Of a DNA stretch of 64,000 nucleotides, positions 13,901 through 27,699 are shown piece after piece (within the stretch, counting starts at the first letter, position 1; every line of letters starts with the position of its first letter). Made by a program: the position numbers and the translations under genes. The stretch is taken from contig OZ260661.1 of the NCBI GenBank assembly GCA_965285935.1, forward strand, positions 64,480,001-64,544,000, read 5' to 3'. The notes under the pieces are model-generated. The model ran no database searches. It worked only from the letters and a program-made list of their open reading frames with translations, and had not been told where the DNA came from. The DNA is from Ophelia neglecta (lineage: Eukaryota).

Positions 13901-16027
13901 ATATTCCTTGACCCTTTATTTAGCTTGTTTTAGAATCTTTTCATAATAGGCCTAAGAGATGCGTACTTGTTAACATGAAATATGTTATAGACCTAGCCAT
14001 AATATCAGCGGCAGGGATTCTTAGAGCCATTGTTCTGTTATCTAACAGACACCGACGTGGCGTTGACTGGAATGTGAAGGATGCATGTAGCCTATAGCCC
14101 CTACGTGTATTTTCATCAATGATTTGCGTTTCTGATACGGAACAGACCGAATTTGCCCTTTCGCTCATATTGGTTTATAAATCATGAGCAGCTCTATTTA
14201 ATGAATATGCCAAAAACAACTGTAACACTAGCGCTGTTTTACATCAGATAATAAACTCAACAGCTAGCCTGATTGAATATATGAGAATATTGGATGAAAT
14301 ATGACAATCTAAACGGTGTGATGTTTTCCCTTGCTGTTGGTTCAGGAGATTCAGGTGCCACAAGGCTTCCAGAGTCTGGTTTACACTGAATGTATTGAAC
14401 TGCCTTTTGTTGTCTTTCACGACAGAATCATTTGTTTTCGGTGACAGTTATCTCACAGCGGGTTGCCATTGTTTTTGGTTATCAGTGGCTTAGTTTTTTC
14501 TAGCTCGTGACTTTTCCCTTACTGTGTGTATTCATAGTCTGTAAGAAAGCGCAGACGAGACTAACAGTAAGCTCTTTTACCGTGGTGTCTCTCAGGCAGC
14601 AATAAACATTTGCCTATGGTATTAACCTCTACAATGTTTTATAAATACGCCAGCAGTTTTGGCTTTGTTGCTAAGTCTTCAATGTTACAGCAATCGTTAA
14701 AGTCTTTTAACCATTCAGAATATCTTATTTAACAGCCCGAACGCCCTTAAACTTGGCTCAGGACTACTTTATGATGCGTAGGAATTGTGTATTTCGTCGG
14801 TCAATTGACCACTTCTAGGTGAAAATCTTCCGCAAGTTATAACATTATTAACGGCTACAAACATGAGTAGTTGACAGGCTCGTGAGATGAATTTGTAGAA
14901 TACAATGTTCCGACCGCTAGGGCCGTTCGGTTCCCTGCTAAGAATAAACATGTACCTATACGTGTTCTGGAACTCTTCTCATCCTCAGCCTTCTTGTCAT
15001 TCACTTGAGGGGATTTATAAACTAGGTTAAACCAGCCTGAGTCAATCGTAAATAAACTATCTAGGTTTTCACTTTGTCTGTCTTTTATATAAGCTTTCCA
15101 TTAAATGGCGTACATCTTTTGTTTCTGTATACAAGAGATTAACACCGCTATGTCAAATGACTGATACATAATAATTTCATCCTTTTTGGCAAGATTATAC
15201 AGTGTATGATCGTGAATATTTCATAAGAATGATTAAGTCAATTTATAGGTAATGAAATAAACTTGTATTAAACAATATCAGCTTTTAGTTCAATGAAATA
15301 TGCTTAAACTGGGTGTTAATTGTAGTTTTGGCTATAGTTGGCCCGCAACAATGCCAGCAGCCACTTTGCCAATTTGTTAAATTTCTGCATGGCCTACTAA
15401 ATATCGTGATTAGTCTGAGTTACCTTGTCACCCCGGGTTGCGGTTTGTTGATTAACTTGTCAACTGTTACTATGTAATCTGCCGAGAAAACGAAGCTCTA
15501 CTCGTGATTTACAACCCCAATTTTACCCTCAAACTCGGGCAGCTGGCGGCAGAAGCCCATGATTTAAAAGCGCAATATCCTGTCTGGAGTTTCCCACTCC
15601 AACAACCCAACTGTACCGTGATAACACGCCTCCCATACGGCTTTCACACAATGTGTTTCGACACTTTTGAGATGAACAGGCCGACAGACTCTGTTGTGTC
15701 TGTTAGAATGTGTTTTTTCCTGTGGTATTCAGTCGCGGACTACGATTTATGTACGACAGAATGAGCCTATAATCAACCCCAAATCCCATTTTCCCTGACG
15801 CACACGTTGCAATGTGGAGATCTTACTAACAACCCACTAACTGACTCCTGTTTAAAGCTACAGCTATTAACTTCATGCATAAACTACAGTTCCAGTATAC
15901 CTAGTATTATTTATATCGGTTATAAAACTCCTTTTCTCCTTGTGATACCATTTATATGTAATTCCCATTAGGCAAATTTCTTACTGGGTCTGCAATATAT
16001 CTTTGAAGAATTAGATAACCAAATCTT

Positions 16028-19000
16028 GCCACTGTGTGACAGTCAGTGCCGATACTTTCGGTTAGATCTGATTAAAACCCCAATGCCACTGTGTGACAGT
16101 CAGTGCCGATACTTACGGTTAGATCTGATTAAAACCCAACGCTACTGTGTGACAGTCAGTGCCGATACTTACGGTTAGATCTGATTAAAGCCCCATGCCA
16201 CTGTGTGACAGTCAGTGCCGATACTTACGGTTAGATCTGATTAAAGCCCCATGCCACTGTGTGACAGTCAGTGCCGATACTTACCGTTAGATCTGATTAA
16301 AACCCCATGCCACTGTGTGACAGTCAGTGCCGATACTTACGGTTAGATCTGATTAAAGCCCCATTCCACTGTGTGACAGTCAGTGCCGATACTTACGGTT
16401 AGATCTGATTAAAGCCCCATGCCACTGTGTGACAGTCAGTGCCGATACTTACGGTTAGATCTGATTAAAGCCCCATGCCACTGTGTGACAGTCAGTGCCG
16501 ATACTTACGGTTAGATCTGATTAAAGCCCCATTCCACTGTGTGACAGTCAGTGCCGATACTTACCGTTAGATCTGATTAAAGCCCCATGCCACTGTGTGA
16601 CAGTCAGTGCCGATACTTACGGTTAGATCTGATTAAAGCCCCATGCCACTGTGTGACAGTCAGTGCCGATACTTACCGTTAGATCTGATTAAAGCCCCAT
16701 GCCACTGTGTGACAGTCAGTGCCGATACTTACGGTCAGATCTGATTAAAGCCCCATGCCACTGTGTGACAGTCAGTGCCGATACTTACCGTTAGATCTGA
16801 TTAAAGCCCCATGCCACTGTGTGACAGTCAGTGCCGATACTTACCGTTAGATCTGATTAAAACCCCATGCCACTGTGTGACAGTCAGTGCCGATACTTAC
16901 GGTTAGATCTGATTAAAGCCCCATGCCACTGTGTGACAGTCAGTGCCGATACTTACGGTTAGATCTGATTAAAGCCCCATGCCACTGTGTGACAGTCAGT
17001 GCCGATACTTACGGTTAGATCTAATTAAAGCCCCATGCCACTGTGTGACAGTCAGTGTCGATACTTACGGTTAGATCTGATTAAAGCCCCATGCCACTGT
17101 GTGACAGTCAGTGCCGATACTTACCGTTAGATCTGATTTAAGCCCCATGCCACTGTGTGACAGTCAGTGCCGATACTTACCGTTAGATCTGATTAAAGCC
17201 CCATGCCACTGTGTGACAGTCAGTGCCGATACTTACGGTTAGATCTAATTAAAGCCCCATGCCACTGTGTGACAGTCAGTGTCGATACTTACGGTTAGAT
17301 CTGATTAAAACCCCATGCCACTGTGTGACAGTCAGTGCCGATACTTACGGTTAGATCTAATTAAAGCCCCATGCCACTGTGTGACAGTCAGTGTCGATAC
17401 TTACGGTTAGATCTGATTAAAACCCCATGCCACTATGTGACAGTCAGTGCCGATACTTACCGTTAGATCTGATTAAAGCCCCATGCCACTGTGTGACAGT
17501 CAGTGCCGATACTTACGGTTAGATCTGATTAAAGCCCCATGCCACTGTGTGACAGTCAGTGCCGATACTTACCGTTAGATCTGATTAAAGCCCCATGCCA
17601 CTGTGTGACAGTCAGTGCCGATACTTACGGTTAGATCTGATTAAAGCCCCATGCCACTGTGTGACAGTCAGTGCCGATACCTACGGTTAGATCTGATTAA
17701 AGCCCCATGCCACTGTGTGACAGTCAGTGCCGATACCTACGGTTAGATCTGATTAAAGCCCCATGCCACTGTGTGACAGTCAGTGCCGATACATACCGTT
17801 AGATCTGATTAAAGCCCTATGCCACTGTGTGACAGTCAGTGCCGATACTTACCGTTAGATCTGATTAAAGCCCCCTGCCACTGTGTGACAGTCAGTGCCG
17901 ATACTTACCGTTAGATCTGATTAAAGCCCCATGCCAATGTGTGACAGTCAGTGCCGATACTTACCGTTAGATCTGATTAAAACCCCATGCCACTGTGTGA
18001 CAGTCAGTGTCGATACTTACGGTTAGATCTGATTAAAGCCCCATGCCACTGTGTGACAGTCAGTGCCGATACTTACCGTTAGATCTGATTAAAGCCCCAT
18101 GCCACTGTTTGACAGTCAGTGCCGATACTAACGGTTAGATCTGATTAAAGCCCCATGCCACTGTGTGACAGTCAGGACCGATACTAACCGTTAGATCTGA
18201 TTAAAGCCCCATGCCACTGTGTGACAGTCAGTGCCGATACTTACGGTTAGATCTGATTAAAGCCCCATGCCAATGTGTGACAGTCAGCGCCGATACTTAC
18301 CGTTAGATCTGATTAAAACCTCATGCCACTGTGTGACAGTCAGTGCCGATACTTACGGTTAGATCTGATTAAAGCCCCATGCCACTGTGTGACAGTCAGT
18401 GCCGATACTTACGGTTAGATCTGATTAAAGCCCCATGCCACTGTGTGACAGTCAGTGCCGATACTTACGGTTAGATCTGATTAAAGCCCCATGCCACTGT
18501 GTGACAGTCAGTGCCGATACTTACGGTTAGATCTGATTAAAGCCCCATGCCACTGTGTGACAGTCAGTGCCGATACTTACGGTTAGATCTGATTAAAACC
18601 CAATGCTACTGTGTGACAGTCAGTGCCGATACTTACGGTTAGATCTGATTAAAGCCCCATGCCACTGTGTGACAGTCAGTGCCGATACTTACGGTCAGAT
18701 CTGATTAAAGCCCCATGCCACTGTGTGACAGTCAGTGTCGATACTTACCGTTAGATCTGATTTAAGCCCCATGCCACTGTGTGACAGTCAGTGCCGATAC
18801 TTACGGTTAGATCTGATTAAAGCCCCATGCCACTGTGTGACAGTCAGTGCCGATACTTACGGTTAGATCTGATTAAAGCCCCATGCCACTGTGTGACAGT
18901 CAGTGCCGATACTTACGGTTAGATCTGATTAAAGCCCCATGCCACTGTGTGACAGTCAGTGCCGATACTTACGGTTAGATCTGATTAAAGCCCCATGCCA

Positions 19001-19443
19001 CTGTGTGACAGTCAGTGCCGATACTTACGGTTAGATCTGATTAAAACCCAATGCTACTGTGTGACAGTCAGTGTCGATACTTACCGTTAGATCTGATTAA
19101 AGCCCCATGCCACTGTGTGACAGTCAGTGCCGATACTTACGGTCAGATCTGATTAAAGCCCCATGCCACTGTGTGACAGTCAGTGCCGATACTTACGGTT
19201 AGATCTGATTAAAACCCAATGCTACTGTGTGACAGTCAGTGTCGATACTTACCGTTAGATCTGATTAAAGCCCCATGCCACTGTGTGACAGTCAGTGCCG
19301 ATACTTACCGTTAGATCTGATTAAAACCCCATGCCACTGTGTGACAGTCAGTGCCGATACTTACGGTTAGATCTGATTAAAACCCCATACCACTGTGTAA
19401 CAGTTAGCGTTGAGACTAATGGTATAATCAGTATAAACCCCAT
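16028..19443. repeat. 56-bp tandem satellite, 60 full copies plus one diverged terminal copy
   Basis: Consensus GCCACTGTGTGACAGTCAGTGCCGATACTTACGGTTAGATCTGATTAAAGCCCCAT. Unit starts at 16028, 16085, then exactly every 56 nt to 19333; diverged copy at 19389-19443. Confidence 0.99.
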
Positions 19444-20058
19444 GCCGACAAAAAAAAAACAATTTCCAAGTTACACTGAAGACTTATTTATGAACACAAC
19501 GCATCAATATTTAAATAAATTTATGTAAAGTAGAATTTAAAATCTTATCTTTTTGTTTAGAAAGATGGGTACTTTGTAATTTTCGACAACAAATTCTTAA
19601 TACGACATGAAAATTGACCGTCAATCGGTACCTTATATACACCTGTTAGCTCTGTATACCCTTATCATGGATGTGCTTTGGTTGTAGCAAATTCATCTGG
19701 ATTAATTCTAGATATTTGAAAGCCGCATCTTAAACTAGTGCTTTAAAGTCTAAGTTTGATCTTAAAAATTATAGTTTGAATTTGACGTTAATATGTGATT
19801 CCTTACATATTTTCCCCATTAATGTTTAGTATATTCGATAGCCTTATTTTTACACCAGTAGGTAGATATTATTTGGAAAATTAAATTGTCATAAAGTAAA
19901 AAGAGGAAACCTTCACGTTACTTCTTTCCGCTTTCGGTGCCGCGAGAGACCAATACAATAAGCCTGCCATAACCCACGTCACAAGCCACTCCCATCGCAG
20001 CAGGGTCAAACGAACACCCCACCGCATCCAGCGCTGAATGCAGAATCCCACATGAATA

Positions 20059-20236
20059 CAGGAAAACCTGTAAATTAAGACCACCAAAGGGACTGGAGAA
20101 TACTGGTCTGATTTTGGAGGTGGTCTGTTTAGACAGGTTATTTAAAATTAAAAGTATACAGCAACATCCTCATATAAGTGGTCTGAATTGAAAGGTGGTC
20201 TGATTATAGAGGTGGTCTTTAGTGCAGGTTTCACTG
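20059..20236 (+). mobile_element. MITE family A copy 1 (178 bp, Tc1/mariner-pogo type)
   Basis: TA|CAGGAAAACCTG...CAGGTTTCACTG|TA termini and internal GACCACC/GGTGGTC repeats; homologous to the copies at 30330, 43545 and 51792. Confidence 0.9.
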
Positions 20237-20583
20237 TACAATTATGTGAGCGTTGGTTTCTGAGCTGTACTTGGTAACTCTGTCACAACCAAGTACTTGG
20301 AATAAGAGATTTTCACTTGCTTGGAGAGAGGGTGAATATATTCCCAAGTATATAAAATTTCTTAAAATGATCTGTCGTCCAGGTAAAATATACCGTAGTT
20401 CCAGCTCCATAAATAAGTGTTCTTTATAATTATAGACGTAACATTGATGGGTGGTCAAACAGAAATAAGGTGGTTTAATACACACATGTTAGACGCATAC
20501 TGTTTATTAGAAGAAAAAAAATTGCAGTTGTTTATTGTTATAGTCGCTGTGTACCTCAAATAATAACTTTTCATTGGCTGAAG

Positions 20584-20908
20584 CCATTAATCTGGCGTCA
20601 CTAGTTGTCCTCTAAGATTTGCCCTCTTCTAAATTTTGCTTCATCGTCGTGCGTAACATAACAAGTTGCAGATATGTGGAAGCAAACCGCCTATCGCACG
20701 TGTAGTTTGGTCACAATGACTTCTTGATGAAGACACGGCGGCCCATTAATCTGGCGTCACTAGTTGTCCTCTAAGATTTGCCCTCTTCTAAATTTTGCTT
20801 CATCGCCGTGCGTAACATAGCAAGTTGCAGATATGTGGAAGCAACCCGCCTATCGCACGTGTAGCTTGGTCACAATGCCTTCTTCTGGATGAAGACACGG
20901 CGGCCCAT
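20584..20908. repeat. Direct tandem duplication of about 160 bp (2 copies)
   Basis: 20584-20742 and 20743-20904 are near-identical; CCAT occurs at both outer edges and at the junction. Confidence 0.97.
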
Positions 20909-23900
20909 GGCTATAGCTTATTGCACAAACCTTAAATCAGGGTACAGGGAAGGACTTCCGGCGCCATGCCCCAATTAGAGTGCAGGCACGCTCAGCCTCA
21001 CGTAGCCGGTGGCTAATTATGTCATTATCGTCGAAAAATTTGACATGTCTAGCTCCTTTCCGATTCACGCCTCTGATACGGAGCCCACGATTTAAAGGCA
21101 CAAATATGTATGATCTATTGTACTCTCGATAAATCATAGGAATTTTGTCAAGACATTCACATCCGGGTATTCACATCTATATCGTGGGTAGACCAACTTT
21201 GTCAAGCAACCGCTGGAGTATGTCATTTGTTTCATAGCTTGTGCCAGGACACATATATATTTTTTATTTCAATATATCAGGTTTTTTGCACAGAATATTG
21301 TGGCAAAGGAATGATCTATCACGAGTTTCATCGAAGTATTAAAACAGCTTTTGCAGCGACCACCGCCGAGCTCTAAACAACTGTCTCTGTAAGCTGAGCT
21401 AATAGCTACGGAACAGAAAGCTTCCAATAAAATGTCCAAATAAATGTCGCATATGTAGGATTATATAGTAAAATAGTAAAAATAAGTACCTGTATCACCA
21501 CGGACTTGTCAAACTGGTTTGTACTGGAGCTTAACGGGGTGCCCCGGGGGGATATTCTGATTTAATCGGTGCATTAGGCTCGATGCCAAGAAAGTGCTGT
21601 TGGAGAGCAGCTACAGTTTTCGAGTTGTTGCATAATGTCTTTTTCAAATTAAGCCACAACGTGTTTTAAGCTCAACCTAGACATAAGCATGTAACTTTAC
21701 CACCTATGGTGTATATACAATAGAAAGAGTTTTAAACGTTTTGTAAGCCACCTCATCGAGATATTTAGAAATTAAGAAGCAATTTGATAGCTATCAAACT
21801 TTAAATTAAAGCTAGCTTTTAACAATATTTAATTAAATACCCGTTGGAGATAAGGTGACGATTACAGTGTTGAGATCGAGTAGTTCTCAGATCATTCTGA
21901 TGTTTGTTATTGATGTTTGTAGTAAGTTAAAACTGTAGCCAGATCTGAGTTTTAATTTTCTTAATTCTAGTTAAAGAACCTCCATCTTGTGTATCTCGAC
22001 CATTGCTTCTCACAATGAAGCAAAAATAAAAGATAAAAAATTCAGGAGCGGGGGGGGGGGGGGGAGGGGGAGGGGGATTAATTAAATCTTGAAGGTGCGA
22101 CACTAATTGACATAGGAAACTGAAGATAAAAGCTGTCACTATAGATGACCCCCCCGAATGATGCATTATTGACCAATTGTTAGCCCGGCACAAAAACTTC
22201 AGCTCAGCAAAAAATGCACATTGGAGATTTTTGAGTCGTGCAAAGCGTGCCTTTTTTAACAGGCATTACTTATTTGAATTAGTCAAAAGGGAACTCAGAA
22301 TAATTATTGGGAGACTTGCCCAACTCTTGTAGTCAATGTTGTTGAAGAGAAAAATTGTTCGTGAAAACCGATATATAAACATAAATAAAGCGGAAGCACT
22401 CACCATAGAATAGCGCCTCGGTCAACGACAGGAAATTATGACAAGTATTGTCTAAGTCTCCCGAGTGGCAGGAGCTGACTCATCTGCAAGTCATATTCAT
22501 TTGCAGCATACGATATACTTAGCGTCAATTGAGTATCTATATAGAACCAAAATGTGAGTTTGTGTAAGGGAATGTCCGTTATCTATAAGATCGGTGGGTA
22601 GGGGCTGTGAGGCGGGGGATACGGGTATGGTGGGGATTTTGACATTTAATGTATCAGTTTAAAGAAAAATTGCATTAGTGTCATATAGCAAGGGAGCATA
22701 GGCATAGTGATGAAAATGCGGCTTACAAGATAACCTTGCCTTAACTATAACAAGTACTAAGTAATTGCAACAGCGAGGCGAAAGCCATGGAAAAATTGAG
22801 CATCCCAAAATCAAATCAATAGGGTCATCCTCGGATGACCGTGCATTTCGGGTTAAGCGAGTGCTCCGCCTAAATGCACGGTACACGTGCGCCCCCCCCG
22901 CTCCCCCCCCCCGCTCCCCCTTTTAAAAAGCAACACAAATTTCCGCTTTCATTAACTATATATAAATTGAACTAGTATTAAAACTGAGAAAAATAAAACG
23001 AAACAAATTTGTATAGTCTAATCTTTCCCTTGACTTTTGGCTGAAGGCTTCATGCCTCGGGTTAGCTCCATAATCATCGAAATACAACGAAGAATAGAAC
23101 CGCTCACGACTTTGGTAAAAACATCCGCCACCTGCCCCCTTGAAAAGAAAAATCCAACAAAGCCCCCCCCCCCCCCCCTCCTTCAACAAATACAAACACA
23201 CAACCCTCCCCAAACTCCCAGGACAAAAAAATGAAATATACAAATAATGAGTGTACCGTATCTTTTCCCCACAGCTTATACTAGAAGAGACAACAATTTC
23301 AAGGAGGTTTGGGGCTCCGCCACAAGTTAATATCCTTGTCACACCAGCACAGCAAATACAGTCTGCTACAAGAGCACAGTTAGTACCCTGAATATTTGAA
23401 GCTTTTTTTTCACATAAAGAAGGCATATTGGAATTAAAGAACATGCCACATCTGACATCTAAATTCAGACATCGGACTTTTGTCGTTCCCGAAAGAAGCA
23501 AAGATATACAAGCCCTAGTTAATGTCTTTGTGTAGGCCTCTTCAGCAAACGAGAGCGGAATTACAAAGGCAAAAGTCAATGAGAAATACCGCTTTTGCTG
23601 TTTGTACGAGATCGAATCGAGACACCAAAATGCAACGGGTCTTGGTCAATATTGAATACTAACATTTAGAAAGTAATGCAACTTTGCCAGTTTTACTCTC
23701 ATCATTAAGACACTTTCACTTTCGCCAATTTCAAACAAACTTTAAACGATCTAGTTTATTAGTTGTATATATGCCTGCATTATTTTCCTGCCGTGATAAA
23801 AGAAAGAGTGGAACACAATTTTTCTATGCCCTTCTCACCCCTTTCAAACCAACCAAATCGATATCCTTGCATCCTTCATCCACGAGTGTTATTTTATCGC

Positions 23901-24645
23901 TGGAGCAGAAATTGCAGTATCTAAATGTCGATTTGCCTTGATACTAACAGCTAGTAGATATCTTAACAAAATCCGTTGTGCTTCAACCTTGTGGCACAGC
24001 CAAGAAACCGAATTACTTGTAAGGCGCTCCGACAGTTGTCAGTGGGACTCTGCCACTACGCTAAATCACACAAGTCGCACGCCAACAGAAATTGGAGATT
24101 TACCCGCGAATTTGCCATAAGACCAGGGAAATCACCAACTTCGAGCTAGAAACTCCTGCAACATCCTAAAGTAACTCATCTTGTTAGCAACCTTGAAAGA
24201 TAAGCATTGATATAAGTTTGCATACGACATGTTAAAAATACAAAGAGGGATTTTTTCTCTACACTATGTATGATTGTACCGACGTCAAAATGATTGTTTA
24301 CTTTAAAGCTGCGGTAGGTGTCGTAAAGTGTTTGCAGTAAAACGATAATTGTTTTTCTTTTTATTTTCTGGTACATGCAATATCACAGGGCTAAGGCCAA
24401 TAAACAGATATATTCCTATCAGAATATTAGTTTAAGAATAGATGCTTCGTTTCATGAAATATGTTAGGCTTTTGTACATTTAGAGGGACGAGTGTATAAT
24501 TATAAATATACATTCGACAATAAGCCAAGTTAAATCAGATTACATACAGTATATCTAGGTATATGAGCCCCCGGGAGGTGGTCCACGGAAGCCGTCTTGA
24601 CCGAGTGCTAAGGACTGGTGATTCACCCATTGATGTTATTTTATT

Positions 24646-25032
24646 CCAGCGGCATAAAGTCTGGAGACTAGTTGTTCGAAAAAAAAACTACTCGAAGCAT
24701 CATATATGTAATCTATGTATGTAAAACGCGCTCACATGGTGAATGCTGATTGGCCCAGTAAGCAAATGACGCTTGTATATTGGCCAGCTTTCGGCGATGA
24801 CGACACCACCAGAAGGCAGCGGCACCAAGGGACGCAGGGCTCTAGCAAAACGCGTCACTTGCCTTCGGTCAAACGTCATACATAGCAAACCAATTAGAAG
24901 CAGCATTTTTTAAAACACACCAGTTACACATATAGACAATATGTGCGTCAGCAGTAGATTGTGCACACTGTTTTCTAGCATCGTATGATTTTAAACTCTT
25001 TTTCTGAAAGTCTCCAGACTTTATGTTGCTGG
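24646..25032. mobile_element. MITE-like element with 24-bp terminal inverted repeats
   Basis: CCAGCGGCATAAAGTCTGGAGACT (24646-24669) vs AGTCTCCAGACTTTATGTTGCTGG (25009-25032), 22/24 complementary; weaker internal symmetry (AATGCTG/CAGCATT, TGACGC/GCGTCA). Confidence 0.75.
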
Positions 25033-27699
25033 TATGAAAGATTAAGATGGGCCTCGCTTTTTTAAATTTAAACCTTCCTCTGACAGTACGGATTGCATGG
25101 TGTACTCTTAAGAAACATTTTTAATTCGGAACATTTCTTAAAGCCGTACGGCAAGGTTAACCACTTAATGCTATAAGCCTTCTTACCAAATCGTTTCGGA
25201 TTTTCTGCAGGTACTCGTGCCCTAATCTGCTTTCTCCTAATGTATTGGAGGTTCAATAAACTATTATTATTATTAATATTATAGGACTGCGGAAAAAATT
25301 AAGTGTATGACTAAATTGTTTGACCAATAAGACATTTTAATTAGACTTTCGCACATTTTGCATACGTTTTTACATACAATTTTCATAAAACTGCTATCGA
25401 TACCCGCCATTTTTGTTTTTCTTGGAGGCCTTCGGTTGCTAACAATTAGGAAGACAAGTTTATTAACGTCTGCGAAGATACAACCGTACAACAATACAGC
25501 AGTAACTGTTCAGTTTACCACACTACAGTGTGGGAAGTCAGATGAAGAAGTTCAAGACAATTGCCACATGCATGAACTTATAAACTTGGCAATATTTTTC
25601 GGAGAAATACTGCCGGTACTCGTGCCCTATGCTGTGTCAGCTCTCCAATACGCCCGCACACACAGCTCTTGTACCCCGATAGCCTTGACTTTGGCTTACT
25701 TTATCTTGGGAGAACATGTTTAAGGTCGTGGAGTCGATACACGCAAGTCAATCTGTTGGCATGCCTTTTTTTGTGGACATAAATGAGACATGTTCATTAC
25801 AAAAGTTACATAACTTAACAACTGATCATTATTCGCAGATATGTGTTCCTGTATCCTTGAGGAAAGTCACAATCAGGCTGCTCAAAGTCACTGATTGGTT
25901 AAGGAAACCATAATCCTTTACTGAGACATATAACTCCGTCGATACAGTCATTATTTTATTCCACATAAATTTTTAGCCAAATCAAAGCGGGGCAGTATTG
26001 TCATAAAGATATTACCAGTGATTATGACTGATATTGAATCAGTTTTGAATGAAATCGCTTAATAGTACACGGATGTATTTGTAATTAAGGTTAAAAAAAG
26101 ACTTTTAACTGTTTTCAACATTCAATATGACACGTATTCATAGACCTAGTCAAGAAAGCATATTAAACGTAAAGTTGCCATAAGTAGGCCAACCGCCTGT
26201 CCTTGATACACTTATCTTTATCTTCTTTTCCTATCAGCCTATAGGAATAAGATATTTGTCTGCAATATACCGTAGCTTTTTCCTGGCCGGAGTGTACATT
26301 TTCCGACAGCTAATTCCAGAACTAGGCCCTATCACCATTAAGTTATGATTAGTCTATGACTTGAGGTTTCTTTGGATGTGTTTCTCGGTGAGCCGGCGTA
26401 TTTTACCAGTTTAGCGATGATTTCTCTGCATGGTGGTCTGCAAAATCTAGTGTGAGAAGACAAGCCTTGTGGCGCAAACACACTCTGCAATCTAGTGGCG
26501 ACTCAGAGGATTTGCGGCTTTTTATCGACAGAAGCCGCGGATTCTGTAGCTATGGGAGAAGGACCTTCTGGCAACCTTCAAGCGTATTTGGAGAACGGGT
26601 TTTCGCGCTTTGATGAATCGCAATATCTTTTTTCACCAAGGTCTCATCTGCAGGTTCGGGGAAATCATGCGACATCATTTTAGCAATTGATATTATTATG
26701 AAGTCCAATAGTTTCCTTGTCAGTACACATATACCCATGTAGCCCTATACAATTGAGATCTTTTTTTTTTCGAATGAAGGGCAATAGATTTGCGTTTTAC
26801 AGCAGGTTTTATGGCCTGCTCACTTGAGAGTCGAGGTCATAGACCTACATGTAGGTCTATACTAAGCTTAAGCTTCAGCATCATTGTTTCGGCTTAATGT
26901 GCACCACCCTCTTATACAATTTCAGGTGAGGTGTGTTTAGTTTAGGGAACACATGCCTTGTCTTGTCGCTGCTACCCTGGATGCCTAATACTATAGGCCT
27001 TTATAGGCCTTATACTATGGGCCTTTAACGACATGGCTTTCTTCCAGCTAAAAGTATTCTCCGTCCTATTAAATAAATATTTGAGCCATAAAGTAAAATT
27101 GAAATCAGTGATTAGGAATTGTAGATTCTGAATTCTTAAGAAGGTAAGGTATACAATTTTACAAACCCAGGTTGCGTTTATATTATTTGCACGTGTACAC
27201 AAAGCTTAAAGGACTAGGCCACATATTTTATTTTTTTTAGGAGAGGGGAGATGAAACGTGTTTATGACGATTGAAAGAAAACAGGCCAAGCAGAGTAATA
27301 CCGTGAAGTTTTGTTTAAAAACGCTATATACAATATGATAAGTATATAGATTTGACAATGAAATGGTAGGCCCTAATATGTACAAAAAAGCCTAAATATG
27401 AGTAGTTTGGAAACACCCACGAATTCCTTTTCGACGTGATGCCCACAACGTGTCATGTTATTTGTCAAAGGTAAGCATACTATCCGGTCTATTTGTGATT
27501 ACCCTCAATAACTTTACTTCTAAAGAAAGTTCAATTAATTGACAAATCAAACTCATAAAGCAAATTAAAGACCCTCTCAAGGTTTTCATGAAAGGTGGGT
27601 ATAAGATATATATTGTTTTGTGCACCTACAGCCAGCTGTTTTTTGCCACGGTCAGCAAGAGAAGGAACATCTGCCTAGGCTAGCGGGGCTTCGTAGCTC

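Noticed and set aside
16028-19443. CRISPR array or RSS array (each unit contains CACTGTG, the reverse of the RAG heptamer)
   Set aside because: No unique spacers, no cas genes, eukaryotic context, and no nonamer at 12- or 23-nt spacing; it is a plain tandem repeat.
22956-23579. 207-aa minus-strand ORF
   Set aside because: Non-ATG start, runs through poly-C and low-complexity tracts, and has no recognisable domain.
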